Positions 1-9,726 of a stretch of 64,000 nt of DNA are shown here, piece by piece; positions within the stretch are counted from its first letter, which is position 1, and each line of letters opens with the position of its first letter. The position numbers and the translations under genes were made by a program. Below the pieces are notes generated by a model, which saw only the letters and a list, made by a program, of their open reading frames with translations, had not been told where the DNA came from and searched no databases. Source of the stretch: a virus (lineage: Duplodnaviria > Caudoviricetes). The stretch spans positions 46,030 through 110,029 of the IMG/VR virus record IMGVR_UViG_3300020388_000011; one strand, 5' to 3'.

Positions 1-966
1 GAATTTGAAGATGTAATTATCAACGATACTCTTACCATTGATGGTATTGTTTCTATTAGCACTGATGTCTTCATTACTAATGGTAATCTTATTATTACTA
101 ATGGCAATCTTATCGCGGAAGATATCACCGCCACTAGAAACTTATTCGTAAGTGGGATTGGTACAATTCTTGCCATTGAATCCTCTAACGTTGAGGTTTC
201 TGGATTCCTAAATGTTAATGGTATTACTACTAGCACCCAGATATATTCCTCGCTATTATATGCCAATACAGGTATTGTAACAACACTTATTGGTGATACC
301 TTAACTTACAATACGGGCATTATAACCTCTCTAACGGTGCTGGATAGTGCGGTTATAGCTAACGATCTTCAAGTTATTGGTATAACTACTACTAATAATT
401 TAAATGTCACCAACGACGCAGAGATAACAAACTTAAATGTGGTCGGCGTTTCTACATTAGCTAGCGCAGATATCAACCTCGCTAATATAGTAAATCTAAC
501 TTACAATTCTGGATTTGGAACTAGCCTCACACTTGAGTTTGGAGATATTACCGATGCAAGTATCGGTATTGCCACCATCACCTATGCTGATGTAACCAAT
601 TCACAAGTCGGAATTGAAACAGTTACTGTTAATCTAGATATCAAAGATATAACTAGACATTCGGCATTCAGATTGAGTACCGCATCACAGTTCCCAACTC
701 CTATGGTCATAGCAGATGATCTAACATATGATACATATGACATTACATTACAGGGAGTTGAAGCTGGAAACGTACATACAACTAAAATCTTGGCAATTCA
801 AGATGGCACAAGTCCATTCTTCAATGAATACTCCACGGTATTTAATAATGTTGAAGTTGGTACTTATGAAGTTATCATCAGCGCAGGAACTGTAGCAATT
901 CAAATTACCCCAACATCTTCCAATCCATCTACGTTTACAGCAACAGTTGTCGCCACAAAGACATAA
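1..966 (+). CDS. Tail fibre / virion structural protein, 5'-truncated by the window edge
   Basis: Frame 1 is open from base 1 (EFEDVIIND...) to the stop at 966; Val/Thr/Ile/Gly-rich beta repeats (VxGIxT) like the downstream fibres. Confidence 0.7.
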   Translation, partial: EFEDVIINDTLTIDGIVSISTDVFITNGNLIITNGNLIAEDITATRNLFVSGIGTILAIESSNVEVSGFLNVNGITTSTQIYSSLLYANTGIVTTLIGDTLTYNTGIITSLTVLDSAVIANDLQVIGITTTNNLNVTNDAEITNLNVVGVSTLASADINLANIVNLTYNSGFGTSLTLEFGDITDASIGIATITYADVTNSQVGIETVTVNLDIKDITRHSAFRLSTASQFPTPMVIADDLTYDTYDITLQGVEAGNVHTTKILAIQDGTSPFFNEYSTVFNNVEVGTYEVIISAGTVAIQITPTSSNPSTFTATVVATKT

Positions 967-975
967 TTTATACAG

Positions 976-983
976 TATAAATA
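976..983 (+). promoter_or_regulatory. T4-type late promoter (TATAAATA)
   Basis: Exact gp55 consensus upstream of a fibre gene; exact copies also at 6909, 7344, 41670, 51369, 54765; TAAATA cores precede most structural genes. Confidence 0.75.
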
Positions 984-1027
984 CATTCATACAATATAAT
1001 TTTTAATTATAGGGGGAATGTGAACCC

Positions 1028-4000
1028 GTGGCGAATCAGAATTTCCGCGTCAAGAAAGGTTTAGAAGTAGGAGTAGGTGGAACGTCTCTATTCGCAGACG
1101 ACACCGGAGTTGGTATTAATAGTACAACACCTAGAGGTGCCCTTGATGTAAGGGGAGATGCTTACATTGAAGATCTTAGGGTAGGACCTTCAACGGCAGG
1201 GATAGGGTCAACTTCCCTCTTTGTAGATGGTGGTACATATATTGATGGGGATGTATTTATTACTGGTGATCTCATCTTTGATGATGCGATCCTAGATGAT
1301 CTAGTCGTCACTGGAATCTCATCACTTAATGAGCTAACATTTAATGTTGGCATTGGATCTACTCTCACTCTGCAATACCTCAATGTTACAGAGAGCGCAA
1401 AAATTAATGGCGCAGGTATTGCTACTATAGGTGGCGATCCAATATTCGAGACTATTGAAGTAACTGACTACTCCATATTCGGTGGGCTGAATACAACTGG
1501 TTTCTCAACATTCTACCAGAACCTAGACATAAAAGAAGACCTATCAGTTGGTGGCAACATCGTACTGGAGGATCTAGATGCTGGTAATATTACTGTTGGT
1601 GGTACAGTATTCACTAATGGCTTAGATTTTAATGTAGGTATTGGAACCACACTCACTCTTCAGTTTCTTAAAGTTACAGACAGTGCGGAAATTAATGGCG
1701 CAGGTATTGCTACCCTTGGTGGTGATCCAGTATTTAATTCATTATCAGTCACAGGATTCTCAACTTTCGGTGGACTGAATACAACTGGTTTCTCTACATT
1801 CTATCAGAACTTAAGAGTAGATAAAAATTTACAAGTTGGTGGAGATATTTCACTTGACGACCTAACCTCAGGTAATATTACTGTTGGTGGAACTGTAACT
1901 ACCAACGGATTAGTATTTAATGTAGGTATCGGCACTACAGCTCAGTTTGAAGACTTAATTGTAACTGGAATCTCTAGTCTTCAAACTATCACTGGTTTTG
2001 GCTCGGACCTCCAGTACTTGCCAGCAGGATCCATAAGTACAGCTATAGGTATTGGGTCAACGATTCCCCCCACTCTGCGACCGACAGGGGAACCAATCCA
2101 AGCTGGCGATCTATGGTTTGACGCCCAAGGTTTAAGACAATACACATACTATATTGATCCTAATGGTGACGCACAGTGGGTAGATTCTAATCCACCCCCA
2201 ACTGAACCAGCATTACGATTTAGTGGTGATGATGGTGAAATTGGTGAAGTTGATCTTCAACTAGCAGTATTTAATATTGTAGGTAAAAAGAACCAAGTAC
2301 TTACTGATGCTGTAGGAGCAGGAACATCTCTTATTGTTGGTCTATCCACAAACGTTTCCATCGATGGAAGCCTTTCTGTAGGAACAACTGCTAGTTTTGG
2401 TGGTTCTGTTTCTATTGGAGATACATTATTTGTTACGGATAATGTTGTTATTGGTGGTGGTATTACCTTCCAGGGTGATGTTACTATTGAGATTGATGTA
2501 GAAGTAGAAGGTAATATTAATCAGAGTCCATCTGGTATTGCAACCTTTGGTGAATTAAACTTCAATGTCGGCTTTGGAAACTCACTTACTGTAGATGATC
2601 TATTTGTAACTGGTACTATTGAAGCAGATGGTGCGGGTATCGCTACTATTGGTGGCTCACCTGTCTTTGAGAACCTAACTGTCACTGGGATTACTACACT
2701 AGGTTTCACTACAGTTCAAGGTAACTTGAATGTTACTGGTGACTTAATTGTCGGTGACGATATTGTATTTGATGAAGCCACTCTAAGGAATATTAATGTT
2801 TCTGGTCTAGCATCACTCAACCAACTAACTTACAATGTTGGTACAGCACAGACTCTAACTATACAGCAGAGACTATTTGTAGACAACGCTCCCACAGATC
2901 TAAATGGAGATTTGCGTGTTGGTGGAGCATCTACATTTATTGGTATCGCCACCTTTAATGATAGAGCATTTTTTGGCGGTACTGTTGACATAAACGGAGA
3001 TCTTATAGCTGATGATGCTAGTTTTGTAGATCTCACAGTAAGTCAATCACTGATTTCTTCTGAGATATTTACATATAATGTGGGAACTGGTGATACATTC
3101 ACTGCCACTACAGATCTTAGAGCTCCTGGAAACTTAACTGCCACCGTAGCAGGCATCTCAACTGTAAATGTTGCTACTGAGCTTGAAGTCTCTGGGGTTA
3201 GTTCCTTTATTGGTGACATTGACTTCACTAAGGCAACTGGGTTTGACCTAACAATAAAGAACCTCACAGTACCTGCTGGTGGTAGCGCTAATATTCCTGG
3301 CATCGCACTCACCACTAGTGATGCTGTATTCCCTAACCTATTAGTAACTGGAGTATCTACATTCCAGGGTGAGGTAGAAGCAGATGCCAATGTATCTATA
3401 GCAGGTACGATATTTGTAGGAGCAGATGGAAGTCCTGTTATTACTTTAGATCCAAGCCAAAAGCTTGTTCAGGTAGGTGATTCTTTCATTCAAGGATCTA
3501 ACTTCGCCACATTAACCCCTGCCAAAATTAAATCGGGTGAAGCAGAGTTTACTCAACTCAATGTAACAGGTTCTACAAATTCCGTATTTGCTGGTGATGT
3601 TGAAGTACAGGGTAATCTCATAGTAAGTGGAGACATTGACTATGATGAAGTAACCGGTCGTAATCTAAACATTACTGGCATCGGCACAATTGAAGATCTA
3701 TTTAGCACCAACTTGACTGTAGCAGAACTTACAGAACTAAAGGATCTAAATGTTAGTGGTACTGCTAATATTTCTGGTGTTGGTATTGTTACTCTAGGTG
3801 GTGACGTAACATTCAATTCAGTAGTAGTAACTGGTTTCTCCACTTTCAGTGGAATAGGTACATTCCAAAATGACCTATTCGTTTCCGATAATCTATTCGT
3901 TTCTGAGCTAACATCAACTACAAACTTAATTGCTAGTGGAGTTTCTACCTTAAGTATAGTTGGAGCCGACACTATTGGGTTTGGAACTGCTACGGGTAAT

Positions 4001-5020
4001 GAGATAACAATAAACAGTCTTACTGTACCACCTGGTGGCTTTGTAAGTCTTCCAAACATTCCAGTCAGCGGAGGAAGTGCGACATTCGCTGAACTAGAAG
4101 TTACTGGCGTATCTACATTCGCTGGTATCGCAACATTCTCTGCTGATATATATGTAAATGGTGACCTAGTAGTTGAAGGTAATCAAGTATTTTCTGGCAT
4201 TAGTGGTATAAACATTGATGTCACGGGAATCCTCACAACTAATCAGTTTAGGGCTACTGGACTATCAACATTCACTAGTGATCTATTTGTAGAAGATGAT
4301 CTATTCGTAAAGCGTAATCTTCTAGTTGGTGGCATAGCAACTGTAGGCACTCTAACCGCAACAGATGCTCGTGTCCTAAATCTAATTATTGATGGCAACC
4401 TTACAGGTGGTTCCGATGGACAAGCAATTATTATTGATGGTGACTCTATCATCAGTGGTATTGTAACTATTGGTCCAGCTTCAATTACATTGAACGGTCT
4501 TCCCGGTCAAGAGAAGATTGAAATTGGAACTGGTAGTGGAAATGTTATTGCTGGTCTCAATACCTTTACAAATGACCCATCCCACGTCCAGGTTGATGAA
4601 GGAAGATTCAACACATTCATTAGCGTAGCTGGTGTGGGTTCAACCTCAACCTTCAGTGGTGATGTAGTTGTTGGAGGTCAGATACGAGCAGACAGTGCAA
4701 GTATAACGGGCACTATTAGTGCTGGGGACTTTAATTCCCTCTCGGATATTAGAGTCAAGGATAATGTGAAGCCCATTGAGGGAGCCCTTGATAAAATTTG
4801 TAAATTAAATGGTATTACCTTTGAATTTATAAATAGCGGGAAACAATCTGCTGGTGTCATAGCACAAGAAGTTCGGGAAGTTTTCCCAACAATGGTTGTT
4901 GGAGATTTCCCCAAGTCTGTTAATTACAACGGATTGATTGGTGCTTTGATTGAATCCGTGAAGGAACTCAAAGAAGAAAATAATGAGTTAAGATCTAGGA
5001 TAGAGAGGCTAGAAAGTTAA
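1028..5020 (+). CDS. Long tail fibre with C-terminal intramolecular chaperone (peptidase S74) domain
   Basis: Repeated VTG(I/V)STF-type motifs; C-terminal SDIRVKDNV...GVIAQEV...YNGLIG plus coiled coil; internal 288-nt (96-aa) repeat starting at 1340, 1628, 1916. Confidence 0.85.
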   Translation: MANQNFRVKKGLEVGVGGTSLFADDTGVGINSTTPRGALDVRGDAYIEDLRVGPSTAGIGSTSLFVDGGTYIDGDVFITGDLIFDDAILDDLVVTGISSLNELTFNVGIGSTLTLQYLNVTESAKINGAGIATIGGDPIFETIEVTDYSIFGGLNTTGFSTFYQNLDIKEDLSVGGNIVLEDLDAGNITVGGTVFTNGLDFNVGIGTTLTLQFLKVTDSAEINGAGIATLGGDPVFNSLSVTGFSTFGGLNTTGFSTFYQNLRVDKNLQVGGDISLDDLTSGNITVGGTVTTNGLVFNVGIGTTAQFEDLIVTGISSLQTITGFGSDLQYLPAGSISTAIGIGSTIPPTLRPTGEPIQAGDLWFDAQGLRQYTYYIDPNGDAQWVDSNPPPTEPALRFSGDDGEIGEVDLQLAVFNIVGKKNQVLTDAVGAGTSLIVGLSTNVSIDGSLSVGTTASFGGSVSIGDTLFVTDNVVIGGGITFQGDVTIEIDVEVEGNINQSPSGIATFGELNFNVGFGNSLTVDDLFVTGTIEADGAGIATIGGSPVFENLTVTGITTLGFTTVQGNLNVTGDLIVGDDIVFDEATLRNINVSGLASLNQLTYNVGTAQTLTIQQRLFVDNAPTDLNGDLRVGGASTFIGIATFNDRAFFGGTVDINGDLIADDASFVDLTVSQSLISSEIFTYNVGTGDTFTATTDLRAPGNLTATVAGISTVNVATELEVSGVSSFIGDIDFTKATGFDLTIKNLTVPAGGSANIPGIALTTSDAVFPNLLVTGVSTFQGEVEADANVSIAGTIFVGADGSPVITLDPSQKLVQVGDSFIQGSNFATLTPAKIKSGEAEFTQLNVTGSTNSVFAGDVEVQGNLIVSGDIDYDEVTGRNLNITGIGTIEDLFSTNLTVAELTELKDLNVSGTANISGVGIVTLGGDVTFNSVVVTGFSTFSGIGTFQNDLFVSDNLFVSELTSTTNLIASGVSTLSIVGADTIGFGTATGNEITINSLTVPPGGFVSLPNIPVSGGSATFAELEVTGVSTFAGIATFSADIYVNGDLVVEGNQVFSGISGINIDVTGILTTNQFRATGLSTFTSDLFVEDDLFVKRNLLVGGIATVGTLTATDARVLNLIIDGNLTGGSDGQAIIIDGDSIISGIVTIGPASITLNGLPGQEKIEIGTGSGNVIAGLNTFTNDPSHVQVDEGRFNTFISVAGVGSTSTFSGDVVVGGQIRADSASITGTISAGDFNSLSDIRVKDNVKPIEGALDKICKLNGITFEFINSGKQSAGVIAQEVREVFPTMVVGDFPKSVNYNGLIGALIESVKELKEENNELRSRIERLES

Positions 5021-5092
5021 AGTTACATAAATATAAAGAGGCTTATTTAGCCTTTTTGTACGTACACAAAGACTTTAAGGAGAAAAATTTTA

Positions 5093-6772
5093 ATGGCATA
5101 CCAAATACAAGGTGATGTTATTATTAATGATACAAGAGATCTTATTGGGATTAATACCGCTGGTATTGATGCCGCTCTCTTTGTAGGTGATCAGATTCAG
5201 CTAGATGCTGGTTCTGGAATCGTAACTGCGGTTGAGTACCGTGGTGATGGTTCACAACTAACTGGTATCATCACCGCTGGTGGTGGTGGCGGAACAGTTA
5301 TTGATTTAAATGTCACTGGCATCGCTACAATTGGCGAACTAAACGTCACTGGTGTAGCTACATTTAATGGAGATATTGATCTCAATAATAATGATATTCT
5401 AAATGGTGGTGTAGGCAACTTCACCTCATTGGAGGTTGCTGGTCATATTGAAGGTGACACACTACAAATCAGTGGTCTATCCACATTTGCAGGTGCTGCC
5501 GAGTTCACCCAGATTAGTTTCACTGGCGGAGACGCTGCTGAATTCGCATCTGGAATCACAACAGACCTAAATGAGTCTGCTGGCGCTAACGAGCTAGCAA
5601 CTGCCGAAGGTACAAAGGATTATGTTGACTCCAAGATTGGTGGTGGTTCACTACTAGAGATTGTTGGTGATAATGGTGTTCAAGGTGAGATTGACCTAGC
5701 AAATGACGAAGTATTTGAACTCTCAGGTACTTCTAATCAGATTGATACTGATATTGCTGGTGTTGGTTTCAACACCGTCACATTCTCACTCTCATCCACA
5801 CTAGAGCTTCCTGGCTCTATGGCGTTTGCTGGTGGTGATGCTGACGAGAACTTCACTGGAATCACAACAGACCTAAATGAGTCTTCTGGCGATACTGAAG
5901 CAGTTACTGCTGCAGGAGTTGTCAACTATGTTGCTGGTCAAGTTGGTGGAAACTCCAATCTAACTATTGTTGACGATGCTGCTGGCATTGGAACAATTGC
6001 TCTAGGTACAGAGAGTTTTGTAATCAATGGGACTCCTAATGAAGTCACAGCTGTTGTCTCTGGCGTTCCTGGAGTTCTTACTCTTGGCTTGGCTGAAGAT
6101 GTAACAATTACTGGTAGCCTAACCGTTACTAACGACTTCAGTTTTGCTGGTGGTCAAATAGTTAACGTTATTGGTATTGAGACCTCATTGGTCGATACTG
6201 TAACCGGAATTGCTACTAACAGCAGCATTCCTACTCAACTAGCTGTTAAGACTTACGTCGATGCTGCTATTACCGAGACTGGTGGCACTCTAAACTTTGG
6301 AGGTGGTACTGGAACTGGTTCTGTTGACTTAAGCAGCCAGACCTTCAGCATCGTAGGTACTAATCTAGAAGTAGAAACAGTTGGTGCTGGTCAATCTATC
6401 ACGATTGGTCTACCTGACAGTGTATCTATTACTAGCTTGCTAACCACAGGTGCTGGCGCTGTTATTACTGGTGTCTGTACCGCTACTGACTTCAACTCAA
6501 CTTCTGATATCCGTAAAAAGGATAACATCGTTGAGATTGACGAAGCTGTAGCTAAAGTTCAAGCACTACGCGGTGTAACTTTCGATTGGAAAGATGGTTC
6601 AGGTTCTTCAGCTGGTGTTATCGCACAGGAAGTTGAAGCTGTTCTTCCTACTCTAGTCAAGGAAGGTGCTGATCACAAGACTGTTGTTTATAACGGTCTA
6701 ATTGGTCTACTCGTTCAGGCTGTTAAAGAACAGGCTGATCAAATTGCTGCTCTTCAAGAGAAGCTTGGTTGA
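5093..6772 (+). CDS. Tail fibre with C-terminal S74 chaperone domain
   Basis: SDIRKKDNI...GVIAQEVE...YNGLIG; strong RBS (AAGGAG). Confidence 0.85.
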   Translation: MAYQIQGDVIINDTRDLIGINTAGIDAALFVGDQIQLDAGSGIVTAVEYRGDGSQLTGIITAGGGGGTVIDLNVTGIATIGELNVTGVATFNGDIDLNNNDILNGGVGNFTSLEVAGHIEGDTLQISGLSTFAGAAEFTQISFTGGDAAEFASGITTDLNESAGANELATAEGTKDYVDSKIGGGSLLEIVGDNGVQGEIDLANDEVFELSGTSNQIDTDIAGVGFNTVTFSLSSTLELPGSMAFAGGDADENFTGITTDLNESSGDTEAVTAAGVVNYVAGQVGGNSNLTIVDDAAGIGTIALGTESFVINGTPNEVTAVVSGVPGVLTLGLAEDVTITGSLTVTNDFSFAGGQIVNVIGIETSLVDTVTGIATNSSIPTQLAVKTYVDAAITETGGTLNFGGGTGTGSVDLSSQTFSIVGTNLEVETVGAGQSITIGLPDSVSITSLLTTGAGAVITGVCTATDFNSTSDIRKKDNIVEIDEAVAKVQALRGVTFDWKDGSGSSAGVIAQEVEAVLPTLVKEGADHKTVVYNGLIGLLVQAVKEQADQIAALQEKLG

Positions 6773-6800
6773 TCTATCTATTATAACATAGATATGGGGC

Positions 6801-6829
6801 TTGACAAAGCCTCTTAAATCAACTACAAT
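6801..6829 (+). promoter_or_regulatory. Sigma70-type promoter
   Basis: TTGACA-17 bp-TACAAT. Confidence 0.8.
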
Positions 6830-6833
6830 CAGC

Positions 6834-6903
6834 CTTGTCGGGGTTGATAAGTCACTCTAAGTACTTAGAGAATCATAGAAGGACTTTAAAGTCCTTCTTT
6901 TTT
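6834..6903 (+). ncRNA. Candidate ~70-nt non-coding transcript (three hairpins, the last a terminator)
   Basis: Lies between the promoter above and a U-tract; contains perfect palindromes at 6855-6870 and 6877-6898; no ORF. Confidence 0.45.
6877..6903 (+). terminator. Intrinsic terminator
   Basis: AGAAGGACTTT/AAAGTCCTTCT followed by a T-run. Confidence 0.75.
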
Positions 6904-6937
6904 ATGTCTATAAATAATTATAGTCATTAATATGTAA

Positions 6938-7069
6938 ATGGGATTTTCTATTAGAGGAAAAGAAATTATTTCAAGTGGTGATGAAGAGCTAAAGTCAAGT
7001 AGCACTGAAGAGTCTACTGAAGAAGTGGTATTACCTATCCCCACCCCTACTGAGGAAGAAGCACAATAA
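6938..7069 (+). CDS. Small acidic hypothetical protein (43 aa), not in ORF track
   Basis: MGFSIRGKEIISSGDEELKSSSTEESTEEVVLPIPTPTEEEAQ; late promoter at 6909. Confidence 0.55.
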   Translation: MGFSIRGKEIISSGDEELKSSSTEESTEEVVLPIPTPTEEEAQ

Positions 7070-7111
7070 GCTTATTGTATGTTATAATAGTACCTTGGTG
7101 AATCATATCAA

Positions 7112-7348
7112 ATGTTAACAGTATATTCTAAAACTAAATGCCAATACTGTGAAGCTATAACTAAGCTTCTTAAGTTAAAAAATATTGAGTATAAAAAATT
7201 ACTATTAGCTGTTGATTTTACTAGAGAAGAATTTATTGAGAAATTTGGATCTAACACCACGTTTCCAAAAGTTTTAAAAGAAGATGGTACCATCATCGGA
7301 GGTGCTACTGACACAGTTAATTATTTAAAGCTTGAGGGACTATTATAA
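7112..7348 (+). CDS. Glutaredoxin (NrdC-like)
   Basis: CQYC active site, TFP cis-Pro motif, IGG. Confidence 0.9.
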   Translation: MLTVYSKTKCQYCEAITKLLKLKNIEYKKLLLAVDFTREEFIEKFGSNTTFPKVLKEDGTIIGGATDTVNYLKLEGLL

Positions 7349-7376
7349 ATAACTAAAAGACCTTGGGGGAGAGCAA

Positions 7377-7607
7377 ATGCTTACTCTATCGATTGTATTT
7401 GGCGTCATAATGCTCCAAATGTTTCTTCTGTTAGGGGGTGTCATAGGCTATCTAACTTATGGTTACATTTCAGCTCAAGCTTCAGCATTACCAAACCACC
7501 CAGAGTTTTACGATGAAGAAGGTAACGTATTACCAGATGAGATTCTTGCTATTCGTTTTGAGAATAGCTACGATAACCTGGGTGATTGGGAAGAAGAAGA
7601 CCTTTAA
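7377..7607 (+). CDS. Hypothetical membrane protein
   Basis: N-terminal TM segment, acidic tail (HPEFYDEEG); late promoter at 7344. Confidence 0.7.
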   Translation: MLTLSIVFGVIMLQMFLLLGGVIGYLTYGYISAQASALPNHPEFYDEEGNVLPDEILAIRFENSYDNLGDWEEEDL

Positions 7608-7627
7608 AACATTATTTTTTAATTATC

Positions 7628-8239
7628 ATGGCAGAAGCGACAACGAAAACAAGGAAGCCTTCCGCTTCCAAAGCAACTACTTCACCTAAAAAGAAGCCAC
7701 TTTCGATGGACCTACCAAATAGTCCATTGATGTTTGAAATTTTAGATCTAGCCTCTCGTCAAAGGAGTAAGGCTAAAAAAGTGGAAGTTCTTAAAAAATA
7801 TGAATGTATGACTCTTAAGTCTTTATTCATTTGGAACTTTGATGACACTGTAATCAGTGTATTGCCTGAAGGTGAAGTACCTTACGGTGATCCTGAAGAT
7901 CAGCTAAAATATAACGGTACATTGTCTGAAAATCTAGCGGATAAGTCTCGTAAAATGTATACTGACGGAAACTTTTCACTAGGTAGTTCTGACACTAACG
8001 GTAGAACTACTCTTCGTGCCCAGACTCGCAACTTCTATCATTTCGTTAAGGGTGGTAATGATGACCTATCTGGTATGCGTCGTGAGTCTATGTTTATTAA
8101 CCTTCTACAGTCAGTTCATCCTCTTGAAGCAGAGATTATGGTCCTTGTAAAGGATGGTCTTTTAGAAAATACTTATAAAATTTCTAGAGAAATAGTTGAG
8201 CAGGCTTATCCCGACATCAGTTGGGGTGGAAGGGGTTGA
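7628..8239 (+). CDS. Conserved T4-like hypothetical protein
   Basis: LPEGEVPY and RRESMFINLL...HPLEAE motifs; start moved to ATG 7628 to avoid overlap with the upstream gene. Confidence 0.7.
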   Translation: MAEATTKTRKPSASKATTSPKKKPLSMDLPNSPLMFEILDLASRQRSKAKKVEVLKKYECMTLKSLFIWNFDDTVISVLPEGEVPYGDPEDQLKYNGTLSENLADKSRKMYTDGNFSLGSSDTNGRTTLRAQTRNFYHFVKGGNDDLSGMRRESMFINLLQSVHPLEAEIMVLVKDGLLENTYKISREIVEQAYPDISWGGRG

Positions 8240-8322
8240 TTTTCTCCACCCAAAATCTTCCATAAACCTTAAGAAATTATAAAGCTTCCTAAATATGTGG
8301 AGAGTATGCTATACTCTTTATA

Positions 8323-8427
8323 CGTTCATCACACAGAAGGCTGTGTGACGCAAGTAGGATGACGCGGAACGGATTATCGTTCATCTTCTGCGAGAGTGGG
8401 AGACGCAAACGCCACCCGAAGGAACGG
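8323..8427 (+). ncRNA. Tandem glutamine riboswitch (glnA / Downstream-peptide class)
   Basis: Two copies of CGTTCATC-[hairpin]-GACGCAA...GGAACG (8323-8371, 8378-8426); P1 CGTTC/GAACG; directly upstream of a YRG-motif peptide. Confidence 0.8.
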
Positions 8428-8462
8428 GGTTTTTATTAACCTTATTTCTTAGGAGCAAACAA

Positions 8463-8597
8463 ATGCTAGCAGTATACCGTGGTGTCGCTTATGACACCGA
8501 CCGTAACTTAACGAAAGAATCAGATTACAAAAAAGTAACTGAAACTTATCGTGGTATTGAGCACACCGAAACCGTTAAGGTAGAGGTAGCAAAATGA
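8463..8597 (+). CDS. DUF4278-like small peptide (44 aa), not in ORF track
   Basis: MLAVYRGVAYDT...TYRGIEH with two YRG motifs; AGGAG RBS; follows the riboswitch. Confidence 0.8.
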   Translation: MLAVYRGVAYDTDRNLTKESDYKKVTETYRGIEHTETVKVEVAK

Positions 8598-8698
8598 ATA
8601 CCCTAGACATCATCCGTCAAAAAGAGCTAAAAGCAAGAAAGCTTCACGAAGCTCGGTTGCTTATGGCAAGACTAAACAACAAAGCGAATATCGCTTGA
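8594..8698 (+). CDS. Small basic hypothetical peptide (34 aa)
   Basis: MNTLDIIRQKELKARKLHEARLLMARLNNKANIA; ATGA overlap with the previous ORF; followed by a terminator. Confidence 0.65.
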   Translation: MNTLDIIRQKELKARKLHEARLLMARLNNKANIA

Positions 8699-8703
8699 TT
8701 TTG

Positions 8704-8726
8704 GGAGCCGCAAGGCTCCTTTTTTT
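8704..8726 (+). terminator. Intrinsic terminator
   Basis: GGAGCC-GCAA-GGCTCC then T7. Confidence 0.85.
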
Positions 8727-8727
8727 A

Positions 8728-8736
8728 TGCTATAAT
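8728..8736 (+). promoter_or_regulatory. Extended -10 promoter (TGnTATAAT), pre-late class
   Basis: TGCTATAAT; the same motif recurs near 7080, 10814, 32552, 44097, 44955, 48646, 55256, 61880. Confidence 0.6.
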
Positions 8737-8756
8737 ATCCTTGAATACATAATACT

Positions 8757-8948
8757 ATGGACCGAGAAAAGGTAAAGTTTCTGATACAATCTATTGAAGT
8801 TCTCATTGACGAACTTAAAGCAGAGGTTTACACCGACTCTGAGACCCATAAGGTTTCTGAGACTGCTTATAGCGACGAGGAGGAAGCAATTTCCACCGAT
8901 AATCTAATCCAAACAATGTTCACCCAAGTGATTGACGATACACTATGA
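8757..8948 (+). CDS. Hypothetical protein
   Basis: 63-aa ORF with MDREKVK...ELKAEVY start; ATGA-coupled to thyX. Confidence 0.65.
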   Translation: MDREKVKFLIQSIEVLIDELKAEVYTDSETHKVSETAYSDEEEAISTDNLIQTMFTQVIDDTL

Positions 8949-9697
8949 AACCAGTAAAAGCCGCAGACCTACTTCGCCTTGATCCATATCAGAAGGTAGA
9001 GATGATCAGGTGTACGCCTAATCCACAACAACTTGTGTATATGGGTGGTAAAAATGATTACAGTGAACTTCCCATTGAAGACACCAATATCCCTCATGAG
9101 AAGGATGCTGGTGAGTGGGTAATCAATCAGCTTTTAGCAAACGAACGCGGTCATTGGGGACCACTAGAGCACCCAGCAATCTCATTCAGTTGTTCTGGTT
9201 TCGTTCACAACGTAATCGTACAGGCACGTACTCACCGTGTCGGAGTGAGCTTTGACGTTCAGTCACAACGCTACACCTGCAAGCGCGTCCTTAAAGTAGC
9301 AGATGGTGAACTATTACCACAGAAGGTCTTCTATGTGCGTCCTCCTGGCTTCTACACCAACCGTAAAGGTAAGAAGTATGAATGGACCCCTGATGACTAT
9401 GAGACCCAGCTAGGGCTCTGTCAGGCTGCCTCACAGCGCTTTGCTATACAGTTTGAGAATGGTGTATCAGAAGAGCATTCTAGGGACTACCTTCCCCAGA
9501 ACATTCGTCAGAACTTCGTGGTTACATTCAGTCTCCGCGCATTACTTCACTTCCTTGATCTACGAGCCAAGCTTGACGCACAGCTAGAAATCCAGGCACT
9601 ATGTGAAGCAATGGTTAAGCCAACAAAGGTATGGGTTCCCCAGATCTTTGAGTATTATGAAGAGAAGCGTCTCCACAGAGCGCGTCTTGCCCCCTAA
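8945..9697 (+). CDS. thyX: FAD-dependent thymidylate synthase
   Basis: HWGPLEH, RTHRVGVSFDVQSQRY (ThyX motif), AQLEI. Confidence 0.92.
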   Translation: MKPVKAADLLRLDPYQKVEMIRCTPNPQQLVYMGGKNDYSELPIEDTNIPHEKDAGEWVINQLLANERGHWGPLEHPAISFSCSGFVHNVIVQARTHRVGVSFDVQSQRYTCKRVLKVADGELLPQKVFYVRPPGFYTNRKGKKYEWTPDDYETQLGLCQAASQRFAIQFENGVSEEHSRDYLPQNIRQNFVVTFSLRALLHFLDLRAKLDAQLEIQALCEAMVKPTKVWVPQIFEYYEEKRLHRARLAP

Positions 9698-9726
9698 ATA
9701 ACATTAAGACATGGAGTTTAAAATCT

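Noticed and set aside
1340-1930. 288-nt internal repeat in the fibre gene (and a 93-nt-period repeat near 42552/42645)
   Set aside because: Ordinary intragenic fibre module duplication
1162-5925. Minus-strand ORFs within fibre genes (also 18267-19028, 25480-26259, 42116-43873)
   Set aside because: Antisense shadows of biased codon usage; no recognisable motifs or promoters
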